A DNA stretch of 64,000 nucleotides from an uncultured Candidatus Binatia bacterium (GTDB taxonomy: Bacteria > Desulfobacterota > Binatia > UBA9968 > CAXXLF01). Shown in pieces: positions 38,440 through 47,629 of this stretch. The position numbers and the translations under genes are program-made. The stretch is taken from the NCBI GenBank assembly GCA_965218425.1, contig OZ244621.1, forward strand, positions 2,592,001 to 2,656,000, given 5' to 3'. Numbering within the stretch: position 1 is the first letter of the stretch; the number at the start of each line of letters is the position of its first letter. The notes under the pieces were generated by a model that made no database searches, had not been told where the DNA came from, and saw only the letters and a program-made list of their open reading frames with translations.

Positions 38440-39471
38440 ATGGCCGAGAATAAGCCTGAGCGTGAATACGTCTTTTTCGCCAAGGACGAACTCGAAAGGA
38501 GAAAAAAAGCGCCAGTTCAGACCAAAGCTGAGGATGTCCTGACCCGATTTACGGAGCAATGGCGAGCCACCCTCATCGTTGATCCCAAGCAGGGGTTCAA
38601 CAACCGTATCATTCGGATGTGGATCAACAAGATCAAGCCGGGAGATCAAGAAGGGATGGGCTGGAAGACCCTTGGCCACCGGCACACCGTGGAAGCGGTC
38701 ATCTATATCAAGCAGGGTAAAGGCTACAGCATCGTGGACGGAATACGTTTCGATTGGGAACCCGGAGATTTTATCTGTGTGCCCTACTTTGCCTGGCACC
38801 GCCACGTCAACGAGAGCGATGTGGAGATGCAATATATGGCCTGCACGACGCAACACCTGTCTCGGGCATTGGGAGTGGCCGTCTATGAGGACGAAAAGTA
38901 TCCGGAGTACTGGGTTTTCGCCCAGAAGAGTGAGGAGGCCATGAAGGGGCTGGTGCCCGGAGGATCGGAGGTTCCCCCTCCGGTGACACCGCCACCGAGC
39001 AAGCAGGCCAGTGAAGCCCTCGACTCTCGGCTCTATGAGGAGCAACTCTACTATTCAGCCAACGAAGAGATGAGACGGCGTGCGGGAAAGGTCATGGTCA
39101 AAGGAAAAGATATTAAATTCAATGAAACGCGAATGGGGTTTATGGCCCACATCGTGGATCCCCGGATTGGATTCCACGTGAAGCAGATGTCCACCCTCAT
39201 GGCAGAGATCCCACCGGGTGGAAAATCGGGGGCCCATCGCCATCTGTACGAGGAGATCGAATTCGTTCTTTCCGGGAGGGGTTACAGCATCATCGAGGAC
39301 AAGCGCTACGATTGGAAACCAGGCGATGCCTTCTCCATCCCCATGTTCGGCTGGCACCAGCACTTTAACACAGGGGATGAACCTGCGAGGTTTCTAGTTC
39401 ACACCTCTCGGCCGGCCATGGAAAATCTCGGTCATGTCATCACCCAGCAGGGGGAAGCCTATTGCGATTGA
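38440..39471 (+). CDS. bicupin, both His motifs intact (dioxygenase-like)
   Basis: GHRHTVE...WHRHVN and AHRHLYEE...WHQHFN; SD GGAGG before ATG 38440. Confidence 0.85.
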   Translation: MAENKPEREYVFFAKDELERRKKAPVQTKAEDVLTRFTEQWRATLIVDPKQGFNNRIIRMWINKIKPGDQEGMGWKTLGHRHTVEAVIYIKQGKGYSIVDGIRFDWEPGDFICVPYFAWHRHVNESDVEMQYMACTTQHLSRALGVAVYEDEKYPEYWVFAQKSEEAMKGLVPGGSEVPPPVTPPPSKQASEALDSRLYEEQLYYSANEEMRRRAGKVMVKGKDIKFNETRMGFMAHIVDPRIGFHVKQMSTLMAEIPPGGKSGAHRHLYEEIEFVLSGRGYSIIEDKRYDWKPGDAFSIPMFGWHQHFNTGDEPARFLVHTSRPAMENLGHVITQQGEAYCD

Positions 39472-39530
39472 TGGCGATCGTAAGGAAATTCCTGTTCTAG
39501 GTAAACAGCCGTGCGCAAAGGAGGGAAGCA

Positions 39531-40676
39531 ATGGTAAATAAGGTCATCGCGATTATTTCTCTGGTGTTTTTGACTTTCTTATTCAATTCCCCTCAAAGCG
39601 TCATATCCGCTTCACTGCCTGAATCCACCCAGAAAGCGTTGAAAAAGCTCAAGCTCTCTCCATCCATCCTGGGAGACGTCGAAAATGAATTTCAGGTTCC
39701 CCGAGATTGGATCGAGGGAGCCAAGAAGGAAGGAAAGCTGAAAATCAGGTCCAGCCCATGGACCTCCCAAGAGCAGAGGGAGCTTTTTGCTCCGTTCAAG
39801 GAGCGTTATCCATTCATCAAGATTGATTTCTCAGGGACGAATCAGGCCGATCGAACCGTTAAAACCCTGGTTGCTTTTAAGCAGGGAAGGGTCCTCAGTG
39901 ATGTCCTCACCAGTATTGGAGGTTTCTACTCCGAGTACAGGAAGGTGGACGCTTTGGAAGATCTTAGGAACATCCCTAACTGGAAGAAGATTCCCCAGGG
40001 GGCAAAAGGCCCGGACGGCTACTGGGTGGGTTGGAATATCAGGCATTGGTGCATGTCTTATAACACCAGGCTGGTAAAGAAAGACCAATTGCCCCAGAAA
40101 TGGGAGGATATTCTAAACAATCCGTTGTGGGGTCAGGGCAACCTGGCCCTGGGCAACCGTCCGCAGCTTTGGGCGCTTATGGTTTGGAAGGCCAAGGGTG
40201 AAAAGTGGACCAAAGAATTTCTGACGAGGCTATTTACCGAGGTCAAACCACAGTTGCGCAAAGAAGGGATGAACGCGCTCGTGCAATTGGCGGCGGCCAG
40301 TGAATTTCACGCTGCTCTTCCGTCGAACAAGGCTCGTACCTACCAGATGGTCCTACGGGGTGCCCCTTTGAGTTTTACCTGCCCTGAACCCGTCCCCGTT
40401 TCCTCGGAGGATACAACGATCCTACGAGGCTCCCAGAACATCAATGCCGCTAGACTCTTTCTCAATTGGTTGTTGAGCAAGGAAGGTCAACTGGTAGCGG
40501 CATCTGCCCGGCATATTACGCCGGTTCGTAAAGACCTGCAGATAAAGGAGATCATTCCTTTCTCAGAGCAAATTGTTGGCAAGCAGGTGAGTTTTAGGAG
40601 TCCAGAGGTGGAACGCGCCATTATGCCTACACTATCTAAGTTCTGGGATAAAATGTGGTTAGGGGCTAAGAGGTAG
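39531..40676 (+). CDS. ABC solute-binding protein, paralog 4
   Basis: Signal peptide; YNTRLV, PQLRKEGMN, NWLLSKEGQ. Confidence 0.9.
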   Translation: MVNKVIAIISLVFLTFLFNSPQSVISASLPESTQKALKKLKLSPSILGDVENEFQVPRDWIEGAKKEGKLKIRSSPWTSQEQRELFAPFKERYPFIKIDFSGTNQADRTVKTLVAFKQGRVLSDVLTSIGGFYSEYRKVDALEDLRNIPNWKKIPQGAKGPDGYWVGWNIRHWCMSYNTRLVKKDQLPQKWEDILNNPLWGQGNLALGNRPQLWALMVWKAKGEKWTKEFLTRLFTEVKPQLRKEGMNALVQLAAASEFHAALPSNKARTYQMVLRGAPLSFTCPEPVPVSSEDTTILRGSQNINAARLFLNWLLSKEGQLVAASARHITPVRKDLQIKEIIPFSEQIVGKQVSFRSPEVERAIMPTLSKFWDKMWLGAKR

Positions 40677-41094
40677 TGGCCTTACCAAAGAATAGTTAGA
40701 TCGAACAGACCGTTCACTGAAGGGCGCGGAGAAAAATGTCTCCGCGTCCTTCTCCGTCACTGCCGCTACCTCTGCCGGTTTTACCGTGTCTTTTAGTCTC
40801 CCTTCGCTAAAGAGGTTCCCACAGAGAAATCAAGATTCGGCTCAAAGACCTTCGACGAAGGCCCCCTTTTTCAGTGCCATGATACTCATGGGGTGCCAAG
40901 ATATTGGGGTGGCGATGTATGACCCGGTGAAGGCAATTGCGGAAAAGATGGGTGAGTCTCGGCCTGAAATGTGGTTCCCGTGGTTTTTGACGGGGGGGGC
41001 CGCCGACCCCAAGTAGCAATACATGGAAACGCTAGTTAAATATGGTATGGTGTTCCCGGCCCGAAAAGGCAGAACTTCAGCAGAGGAGAGTGAC

Positions 41095-42237
41095 ATGCTC
41101 AACGGGTTTTTTATCTACGATGCGGATGCCCATGTGATGGTGAGCCAGCGCATGTGGGAGGACATGCCCAAACCCATCCGGCAACGACGGCCGCGTCCTG
41201 TACGCATTGAAGATCACGAGGATTTTGGGGGCCTGGAAAGCTCTTGGTTTGTGGACGGGCGACTAACCCCACGTCACTGGGGGCCAGGGAGCCAGCCGGC
41301 CAATAATCCCGCAACCACCGATCCTGAATTTTCGGGTGCGGATTTGAGCCTACCAGTTGAAATAGGGAGCCGGGACCTTTCCCAACCGGATCTGCGGTTA
41401 AAAGATCTGGACCGGATGGGTATTGATTGCTCGGTGATGTATCCTTCCACTCTCTACGCCACCATGGCTACCGATCCCGAACTGGAGGCTGCCCTCTACC
41501 GTTCTTTCAATCGTTATATGGGAAAGGCATGTCAAAGGGATCCCAAACGTCTCAAGTGGGCAGGACTGATCCCTTTAAGAAATCCTAAAGAGGCGTGCCA
41601 AGCCATCGCCGAGATGAAAGAGCTGGGTGCCAAAGCCGCCGTGGTTTTTGGCACAGCCGGTGAGCGGCCGCTCTCGGATTCCTCTCTCAATCCGGTTTAT
41701 GATGAGTTGATTCGTGCTGGACTTCCCCTGAGCATTCACTTCGGTATGAGCTTTCCTCCCCTCTGGGACTTGAGCCGGACCATGTTCTCAGGCCAATTTA
41801 TCGGTATGACCTTGCCCGTGTTTCTTGGCTTTTATGCCGTCACCGGCGGGGGGCTGATGGATCGCTACCCCGGTCTGAAGGTCGCGTTTCTTGAATTCGG
41901 TTCGGAATGGCTCCTTTACGTGGTGCCCCGCATGGAGCGTTTCCGCAAAATGGCCTTGCGGCGCGGAGCGCCAATGCCCACGGATATGCCAGAGAGGGAG
42001 ATCCTCCAGTACCTTCGTTCGGGGAATTTCTTCGTTACCTGTGAAGGTGATGACGAGGTGCTGACCGACGAGATTGAGCTGATGGGCGAAGACAACATCA
42101 TGTTCGCCTCTGACATGCCCCATCCGGAGATGAGAGATAACGCCGCGGAAGAGATCTTCGAAAACAAAGAACTCTCTGATTCTCAAAAACGAAAGATCCT
42201 CTCTGACAACGTAATCCGGTATTACGGGGAGCCTTGA
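41095..42237 (+). CDS. amidohydrolase_2 family protein (ACMSD/LigW-like)
   Basis: DADAH, LDRMGID, LSIH, VAFLE, FASDMPH; SD AGGAG before ATG 41095. Confidence 0.9.
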   Translation: MLNGFFIYDADAHVMVSQRMWEDMPKPIRQRRPRPVRIEDHEDFGGLESSWFVDGRLTPRHWGPGSQPANNPATTDPEFSGADLSLPVEIGSRDLSQPDLRLKDLDRMGIDCSVMYPSTLYATMATDPELEAALYRSFNRYMGKACQRDPKRLKWAGLIPLRNPKEACQAIAEMKELGAKAAVVFGTAGERPLSDSSLNPVYDELIRAGLPLSIHFGMSFPPLWDLSRTMFSGQFIGMTLPVFLGFYAVTGGGLMDRYPGLKVAFLEFGSEWLLYVVPRMERFRKMALRRGAPMPTDMPEREILQYLRSGNFFVTCEGDDEVLTDEIELMGEDNIMFASDMPHPEMRDNAAEEIFENKELSDSQKRKILSDNVIRYYGEP

Positions 42238-42404
42238 TAAGGAGCCATTTCACATGAAGTAGGTCGGGTCTTCATAAAGGGGATGTTTTTTATAAGGTGT
42301 TTGGCAAAGGGATGAAGCGATTCGGATCTTCAGCGAAGGTCATGGCAGTTCCCCAAAGATTGCTGGTAATTTACGACGGAATGGACTAAGGAGGCCCCCT
42401 CAAG

Positions 42405-43820
42405 ATGCCATACAATGACCTGCAAGAGTATCTGGCAAAATTAGAGGAAGCGGGGAAACTACACCATATCACAAAGCCAGTGGATCCAGCCTGGGAGGTG
42501 TCGGCGGTCACAAGAAATATGTTTGAAAACTATTCATGGGACCATCGCAAGGCCCTCTACTTCGACAAGATAGGCCAGAGCCAGTTTCCCTTGGTGGTGG
42601 GTGCCGTGGGGGGCTCCCCCTCCATTTACGCCCTGGCCCTTTCCACCACTGTGGATCAGATTCCGGCACTCTGGGAGAAGGCCCAGCGTGAGCCCATTGA
42701 ACCTGATCTTGTAAAGACAGGTCTATGCAAAGAGGTTGTCACTCAGGATGCCGATCTAGATATACGGATACTCCCTCATGCCATCTGGACCCCGAGTCGC
42801 GATCCGGGCCCCTTTATTACAGCGCCCCTGGTGGTTACCAAGGAGCCAGAGACCGGTAGCCGTAACATCGGAACCTACCGCTTACAAGTAAAAGGCCCGA
42901 AACGTTTGGGAATCTACATGGGCCATGAAAAACACGGCGCCAGGCATCTGCGCAAGTATGAAGAATTGGGAAAGGACATGCCGGTGGCCATTGTTATCGG
43001 GGCGGACCCTGCGATTACGCTCGGCTCGGTTACCAAGTTTGCCTATGGAACCGACGAGTACCGAGTGGCGGGTGGGCTGCGGGGGGAACCATTTCCGCTG
43101 GTAAAATGTGAGACCTCGGACCTGGAGGTGCCTGCCAACGCGGAAATCGTGTTGGAAGGAGTCATGCGAAATGGAGTCCGGGAAGAGGAAGGTCCCTTTG
43201 GGGAATATACGGGTTATATGGGGGTCCATGGGTTAGCCCCGGTGATTGAGCTTCATTGCATGACCCGGCGGCGCAATCCCGTTTATCAAGCATTCCTGAG
43301 CCAAATGCCTCCCAGTGAGTCCAGCTGTATTCGTAGTGTAGGTCGCTCCGCCGCGCTGCGTCGCCACCTGGGCGGGGTGCTGGGCCTGCCGGTCACGGAT
43401 GTTCATTTTACCGAGAGTGGGGGCGCTACCGGCAGGGTAATTATTTCTATGCGTAAGGAGCATCCGCAACAGGTGAAGGAGGTTACCTGGGCCACTTGGG
43501 CCATGATGAACAAGGAGCCGAAGTATCTCATCATCGTGGACGAGGACATCGATATACGAAATCCCTTTGAGGTGGAGTGGGCCATGAGCTTTCGATCCCA
43601 ACCCGGAAAAGATATGTTGGTGGCGAATGACGTCATTGCCATCGGGCTGGATCCTTCAACCGCGCCAGCGGATATCCCTGAACATGACCCCCAGCGCAGA
43701 ATTGGCAGCAGGGTGTCCATCGACGCGACGCGTAAACATACCTATCCGGCCGACTCGCGCGTGCCTAGGGAATATCTTAATAGAGTACGTGAGCGCTGGA
43801 GTGATTATGGTTTCAAATAG
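42405..43820 (+). CDS. UbiD-family (de)carboxylase
   Basis: DPGPFITA, NIGTYR, KHG, EGPFGEYTGY, VDEDID. Confidence 0.95.
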   Translation: MPYNDLQEYLAKLEEAGKLHHITKPVDPAWEVSAVTRNMFENYSWDHRKALYFDKIGQSQFPLVVGAVGGSPSIYALALSTTVDQIPALWEKAQREPIEPDLVKTGLCKEVVTQDADLDIRILPHAIWTPSRDPGPFITAPLVVTKEPETGSRNIGTYRLQVKGPKRLGIYMGHEKHGARHLRKYEELGKDMPVAIVIGADPAITLGSVTKFAYGTDEYRVAGGLRGEPFPLVKCETSDLEVPANAEIVLEGVMRNGVREEEGPFGEYTGYMGVHGLAPVIELHCMTRRRNPVYQAFLSQMPPSESSCIRSVGRSAALRRHLGGVLGLPVTDVHFTESGGATGRVIISMRKEHPQQVKEVTWATWAMMNKEPKYLIIVDEDIDIRNPFEVEWAMSFRSQPGKDMLVANDVIAIGLDPSTAPADIPEHDPQRRIGSRVSIDATRKHTYPADSRVPREYLNRVRERWSDYGFK

Positions 43821-43879
43821 GACTGAGGGGAGCGTCAGACCTGTCATTATGGCGGAGTTTCAAGAACGGAGGGTGTCCC

Positions 43880-44938
43880 ATGGCGAATATCGTTCAAGAC
43901 GGTGGTTATGTCTTATCCGATCGGACGGAGGCGTTGAAGGGTTTCGAGCAAGAGCTGGAAGCGGCCCATCTGGTGGGGGAATGGCAGATCCCGCGTCAAC
44001 CCGAGCCGAGTCCAGGAGGGGTGCCCCATATTTGGAAGTGGCCCATGATGTTAAACATGATGCGGCAGGCCTGTGAGGTGCTGGGTTTAGAGGAAGGCGG
44101 CCGCCGTAGCATCCTGTTCACCAATCCGGCGATTCCCACCAAAGGGACCATCCTTGGTGTTAGAGTCGGTCTTCAGATGCTGAAACCCCAGGAAGCCGCC
44201 TGGGCCCATCGCCATACCATGTCGGCCCTGAGATTCGTGGTGAAGGGAAATCCCAACGTCTACACGGTGGTGAACGGCGAGAAATTCTACATGGAGGATA
44301 ACGACCTCATTCTAACGCCACAGGGAACCTGGCACCATCATGAGAACCCCACCGATGAATTTCCCATCTGGCTGGATGCCATCGATACGCCGTTTGTGAG
44401 AAATACCAACGCCGTATTTTATGAGCAATCCCCTACCGAAAAGCAGGAAATTGTACAGGACGCGGACAGTACATGGCTCAGGGTGGGTTGGGCTCGACCT
44501 CAATGGAGCAATGTGGAGGAGGCAAGGGTTGGCGTGCCGGTTGCCTACAAGTGGAAGGAAACTTACGAGAGGCTCAAACGTCTAGCCGGCAAAGAGGGAA
44601 GTCCCCACGATGGAATCATCTTGGAATACATCAATCCCATTACCGGCGCCGCCGCCTTCCCAACCATCGGTTGTCACATCCAGATGCTCCGCCCGAGAGA
44701 GCAGACGAAAGAACACCGTCATACCTCGGGGGCCGTCTACTTCGTGGTGCAAGGTGAAGGGGAAAGCAGGGCCGGGGATCAAACCATTCGCTGGTCCAAG
44801 GGAGACGGGTTTGCCGTTCCCAACTGGTCCTGGCACGGCCATAAAAATCTTACGCGGGACGAAGCCATCCTGTTCAGCGTGACGGACGCGCCCATGCTCA
44901 AGGCCGTGGAGCTCTATCGGGAGGAGGGGAAAGCCTAG
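43880..44938 (+). CDS. gentisate 1,2-dioxygenase-like bicupin
   Basis: HIWKW, RRSILFTNP, AHRHTMSALRF, WHHHEN, EYINPITG, HRHT. Confidence 0.9.
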   Translation: MANIVQDGGYVLSDRTEALKGFEQELEAAHLVGEWQIPRQPEPSPGGVPHIWKWPMMLNMMRQACEVLGLEEGGRRSILFTNPAIPTKGTILGVRVGLQMLKPQEAAWAHRHTMSALRFVVKGNPNVYTVVNGEKFYMEDNDLILTPQGTWHHHENPTDEFPIWLDAIDTPFVRNTNAVFYEQSPTEKQEIVQDADSTWLRVGWARPQWSNVEEARVGVPVAYKWKETYERLKRLAGKEGSPHDGIILEYINPITGAAAFPTIGCHIQMLRPREQTKEHRHTSGAVYFVVQGEGESRAGDQTIRWSKGDGFAVPNWSWHGHKNLTRDEAILFSVTDAPMLKAVELYREEGKA

Positions 44939-44963
44939 CGCTTGCGCGCTGCGAGTACTTGAC

Positions 44964-45836
44964 ATGTTGCGCGCTGACCGGTATCAAGATTCGCTGATCT
45001 TTGAGCGCAAGCCGTTTACCTGGCCAGAAAACCGTACCCTCGCCATTTGGGTCGTCCCCAACGTCGAAGTTTATTATTTTGACCAGCTCAGTGGGGTGGT
45101 TATCACTCCCAATGTGCGAGGAACCCTTCCCGATGTGGTCAATTACACCTGGAAGGAGTACGGGATACGGGTAGGTCTCTGGAGGATTGCAGATCTTCTC
45201 GACGAACTGGGGATCAGGGCCACGGTGGCATTAAACTCGGATGTTTGTGAGGTTTTTCCCAAGGTCGTGGACGAGATGAATCAGCGCAAATGGGAATTTA
45301 TGGGTCACGGGGTGACCAACAACCAAAGCCTCATTGGTCTTCCCTTGGAAAAGGAGAGGGAAGTCATTCAAAAAACAGTGGAGACCATCGAACGCTCGGT
45401 GGGTAAGAAGCCCAAAGGTTGGCTTGGGCCAGGGCTGGGGGAGACTGAGAACACGCTGGACCTGTTGGCAGAGACGGGCCTCAACTATGTCGGCGACTGG
45501 TGCCATGACGATCAACCCTATCCCATGAGGGTAAAAAAGGGTGAGATGACCTCTCTCCCGTACTGCATGGAGATCAACGATATCCCCCTCATGCTCAGAA
45601 AAGGATATACAGGCTCGCAGTACTATGAGTCCGTTCGTGATCAGTTCGAGACCCTTTATGCCGACAGTGAAAAGTGCCCGAGGGTTCTGGGGATCCCGCT
45701 TCATCCTTTTATCACCGGCCAGCCGTTGCGGATCCGGTATCTGAAGAATGCTCTTGTGCAAATAAAACAATACGAGCGCGTTTGGTTTGCCACCGGAAGC
45801 GAAATTATTCAATGGTACCGCCAGCACGGCATGTAG
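44964..45836 (+). CDS. polysaccharide deacetylase family, PuuE (allantoinase)-like
   Basis: VVPNVE, EYGIRVG, GWLGPG, DDQP, EIND, PLHPF. Confidence 0.9.
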   Translation: MLRADRYQDSLIFERKPFTWPENRTLAIWVVPNVEVYYFDQLSGVVITPNVRGTLPDVVNYTWKEYGIRVGLWRIADLLDELGIRATVALNSDVCEVFPKVVDEMNQRKWEFMGHGVTNNQSLIGLPLEKEREVIQKTVETIERSVGKKPKGWLGPGLGETENTLDLLAETGLNYVGDWCHDDQPYPMRVKKGEMTSLPYCMEINDIPLMLRKGYTGSQYYESVRDQFETLYADSEKCPRVLGIPLHPFITGQPLRIRYLKNALVQIKQYERVWFATGSEIIQWYRQHGM

Positions 45837-45870
45837 CAGCTTTATTTTTCACTGGGAGGATGGAGAACCT

Positions 45871-47301
45871 ATGCCTTATCGTGATTTGAGAACGTGGCTC
45901 ATCCAGGTAGAGGAATTGGGCGAGCTGAAAACCATCAAGGGCGCCAACTGGGACCTGGAGATTGGGGTGCTGGCTGAGCATGTCATGCGGGCGAATCAGC
46001 AGCCGGCAGTGATCTTTGATCAGATCGTCGATTATCCCGCGGGTTATCGAATCCTGATCAACGAATCAGGTTCCAGGAAAAGGGCCGCCTTGACCCTGGG
46101 ACTTTCCACTGATCTGGACGAACCGGGGCTTATCCGTGCCTGGCGTGAAAAGCGCAAGTCCATTCGTCCCATTCCGCCTGAGTACGTTCAAGACGGGTCT
46201 ATTCTGGAAAACGTTTTAAAGGATGGCGACATCGACATGTGGAAGTTCCCCACCCCTCGATGGCACGAGCACGACGGTGGACGTTACCTTGGCACCGGGG
46301 ATGCCATTATAACCAGGGACCGAGAAAACAACTCCCTGAATATGGGTACCTATCGAGTCATGGTGCACGATCGAGGTCACATCTTCGTCTACATCTCGCC
46401 CAGTCATGACGGTCGTATCCATCGCGACAAGTGGTTTGCCAAGAATGAACCGATGCCCGTGGTGGCCATATTCGGCGCAGATCCACTTCTTCACATGGTT
46501 GCCAGTTGGTCAATGCCCCACGGGCAATTTGAAGTTGAATTTGCAGGTGGAATCAAAGGCGAGGCCATCCGGGTCATAAAAGGCCCGGTTACGGGGCTCC
46601 CCATACCGGCCGACGCAGAAATCGCCGTGGAAGGCTTTGTGATGCCTGACGATCGTAGACCCGAAGGGCCTTTCGGAGAATGGACGGGTTACTATGGGAG
46701 CGGTGCCAGAGAAGAACCCGTGGTCCGGGTAAAGGCCCTCTATCACCGTAACGATCCCATCATATTAGGTTCCCCGCCCGTTAAGCCGCCATCGGGTAAG
46801 GTATATATGCAATCGATTCTGCGATCGGCGGCCATTTACGAGCAGCTGGAGGCCGCGGGTGTCCCGGGGGTGAAGGGGATCTGGTTTCATGAGGTGGGCG
46901 GAGGGCATATGTTGAATGTGGTTTCCATCCAACAGCTCTATCCGGGGCATGCCAGGCAGGCGGCTGCCATTGTCTGTCAGTCCCGCGGGGGCGCCTATAT
47001 GGGACGCTATGTGATCGTGGTGGACGAGGACGTCAATCCAAGGGATTTGCCGGAGGTAATGTGGGCCGTCTGCACAAGGAGTGACCCGGTTCAGGATATC
47101 GATATCATCCGCCGTTGCCTGAGCGGTCCCCTGGATCCCATGATTTCACCTGAGAAAAGAAAACGCCGTGATTTTGGGACCTCACGAGCCATTATCGACG
47201 CCACGCGTCCCTTTGAATGGCGAAGTGATTTCCCCCGTGTCTCCGAATCAAGCCCGGAGCTCAAGGAAAAAGTGCTGGCCAAGTGGCAGTCGCAGCTTTA
47301 A
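45871..47301 (+). CDS. UbiD-family (de)carboxylase
   Basis: YRDLRTWL, DGGRYLGT, NMGTYR, EGPFGEWTGYY; ATG 45871. Confidence 0.95.
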   Translation: MPYRDLRTWLIQVEELGELKTIKGANWDLEIGVLAEHVMRANQQPAVIFDQIVDYPAGYRILINESGSRKRAALTLGLSTDLDEPGLIRAWREKRKSIRPIPPEYVQDGSILENVLKDGDIDMWKFPTPRWHEHDGGRYLGTGDAIITRDRENNSLNMGTYRVMVHDRGHIFVYISPSHDGRIHRDKWFAKNEPMPVVAIFGADPLLHMVASWSMPHGQFEVEFAGGIKGEAIRVIKGPVTGLPIPADAEIAVEGFVMPDDRRPEGPFGEWTGYYGSGAREEPVVRVKALYHRNDPIILGSPPVKPPSGKVYMQSILRSAAIYEQLEAAGVPGVKGIWFHEVGGGHMLNVVSIQQLYPGHARQAAAIVCQSRGGAYMGRYVIVVDEDVNPRDLPEVMWAVCTRSDPVQDIDIIRRCLSGPLDPMISPEKRKRRDFGTSRAIIDATRPFEWRSDFPRVSESSPELKEKVLAKWQSQL

Positions 47302-47350
47302 ATAGCTGATAGCCGCAGGTCAAGACAGACGAATCACTCTCTACTAACAT

Positions 47351-47525
47351 AACCGTAGATTTCCGCCGATTGTTGACAGCGTAGAGCATAGCGCATGGTG
47401 TCCGGATCTCTCTTTCAGCCCTTTTTCGATCTTCAATTCTCTATTCTCATCCCTCCCCACTCAGTCCTCAGCACTCGTTACTCAGTACTGAGTCCGCTTT
47501 GGGCTCTGCGCTTAGCGCTTAGCTG
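47351..47525. repeat. composite of nonamer- and heptamer-type intergenic repeats
   Basis: AACCGTAGATTTCCGCCGATT (cf. 61865), AGCGTAG-AGCATAG-CGCATGG, CTCAGTC-CTCAGCA-CTCGTTA-CTCAGTA (cf. 16461-16490). Confidence 0.6.
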
Positions 47526-47629
47526 TCAACGATTGGTACCCCCCATGGCGTCTAGTTCTGGTATCTAGTATATTTCTTAACTTTGCGCCTTTTACCAAAC
47601 CATTCAGGGTACGTGCAGTAAAACCGAAC

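Noticed and set aside
40786..41016. 76-aa ORF upstream of the amidohydrolase
   Set aside because: No SD or family motif; cannot be distinguished from noise
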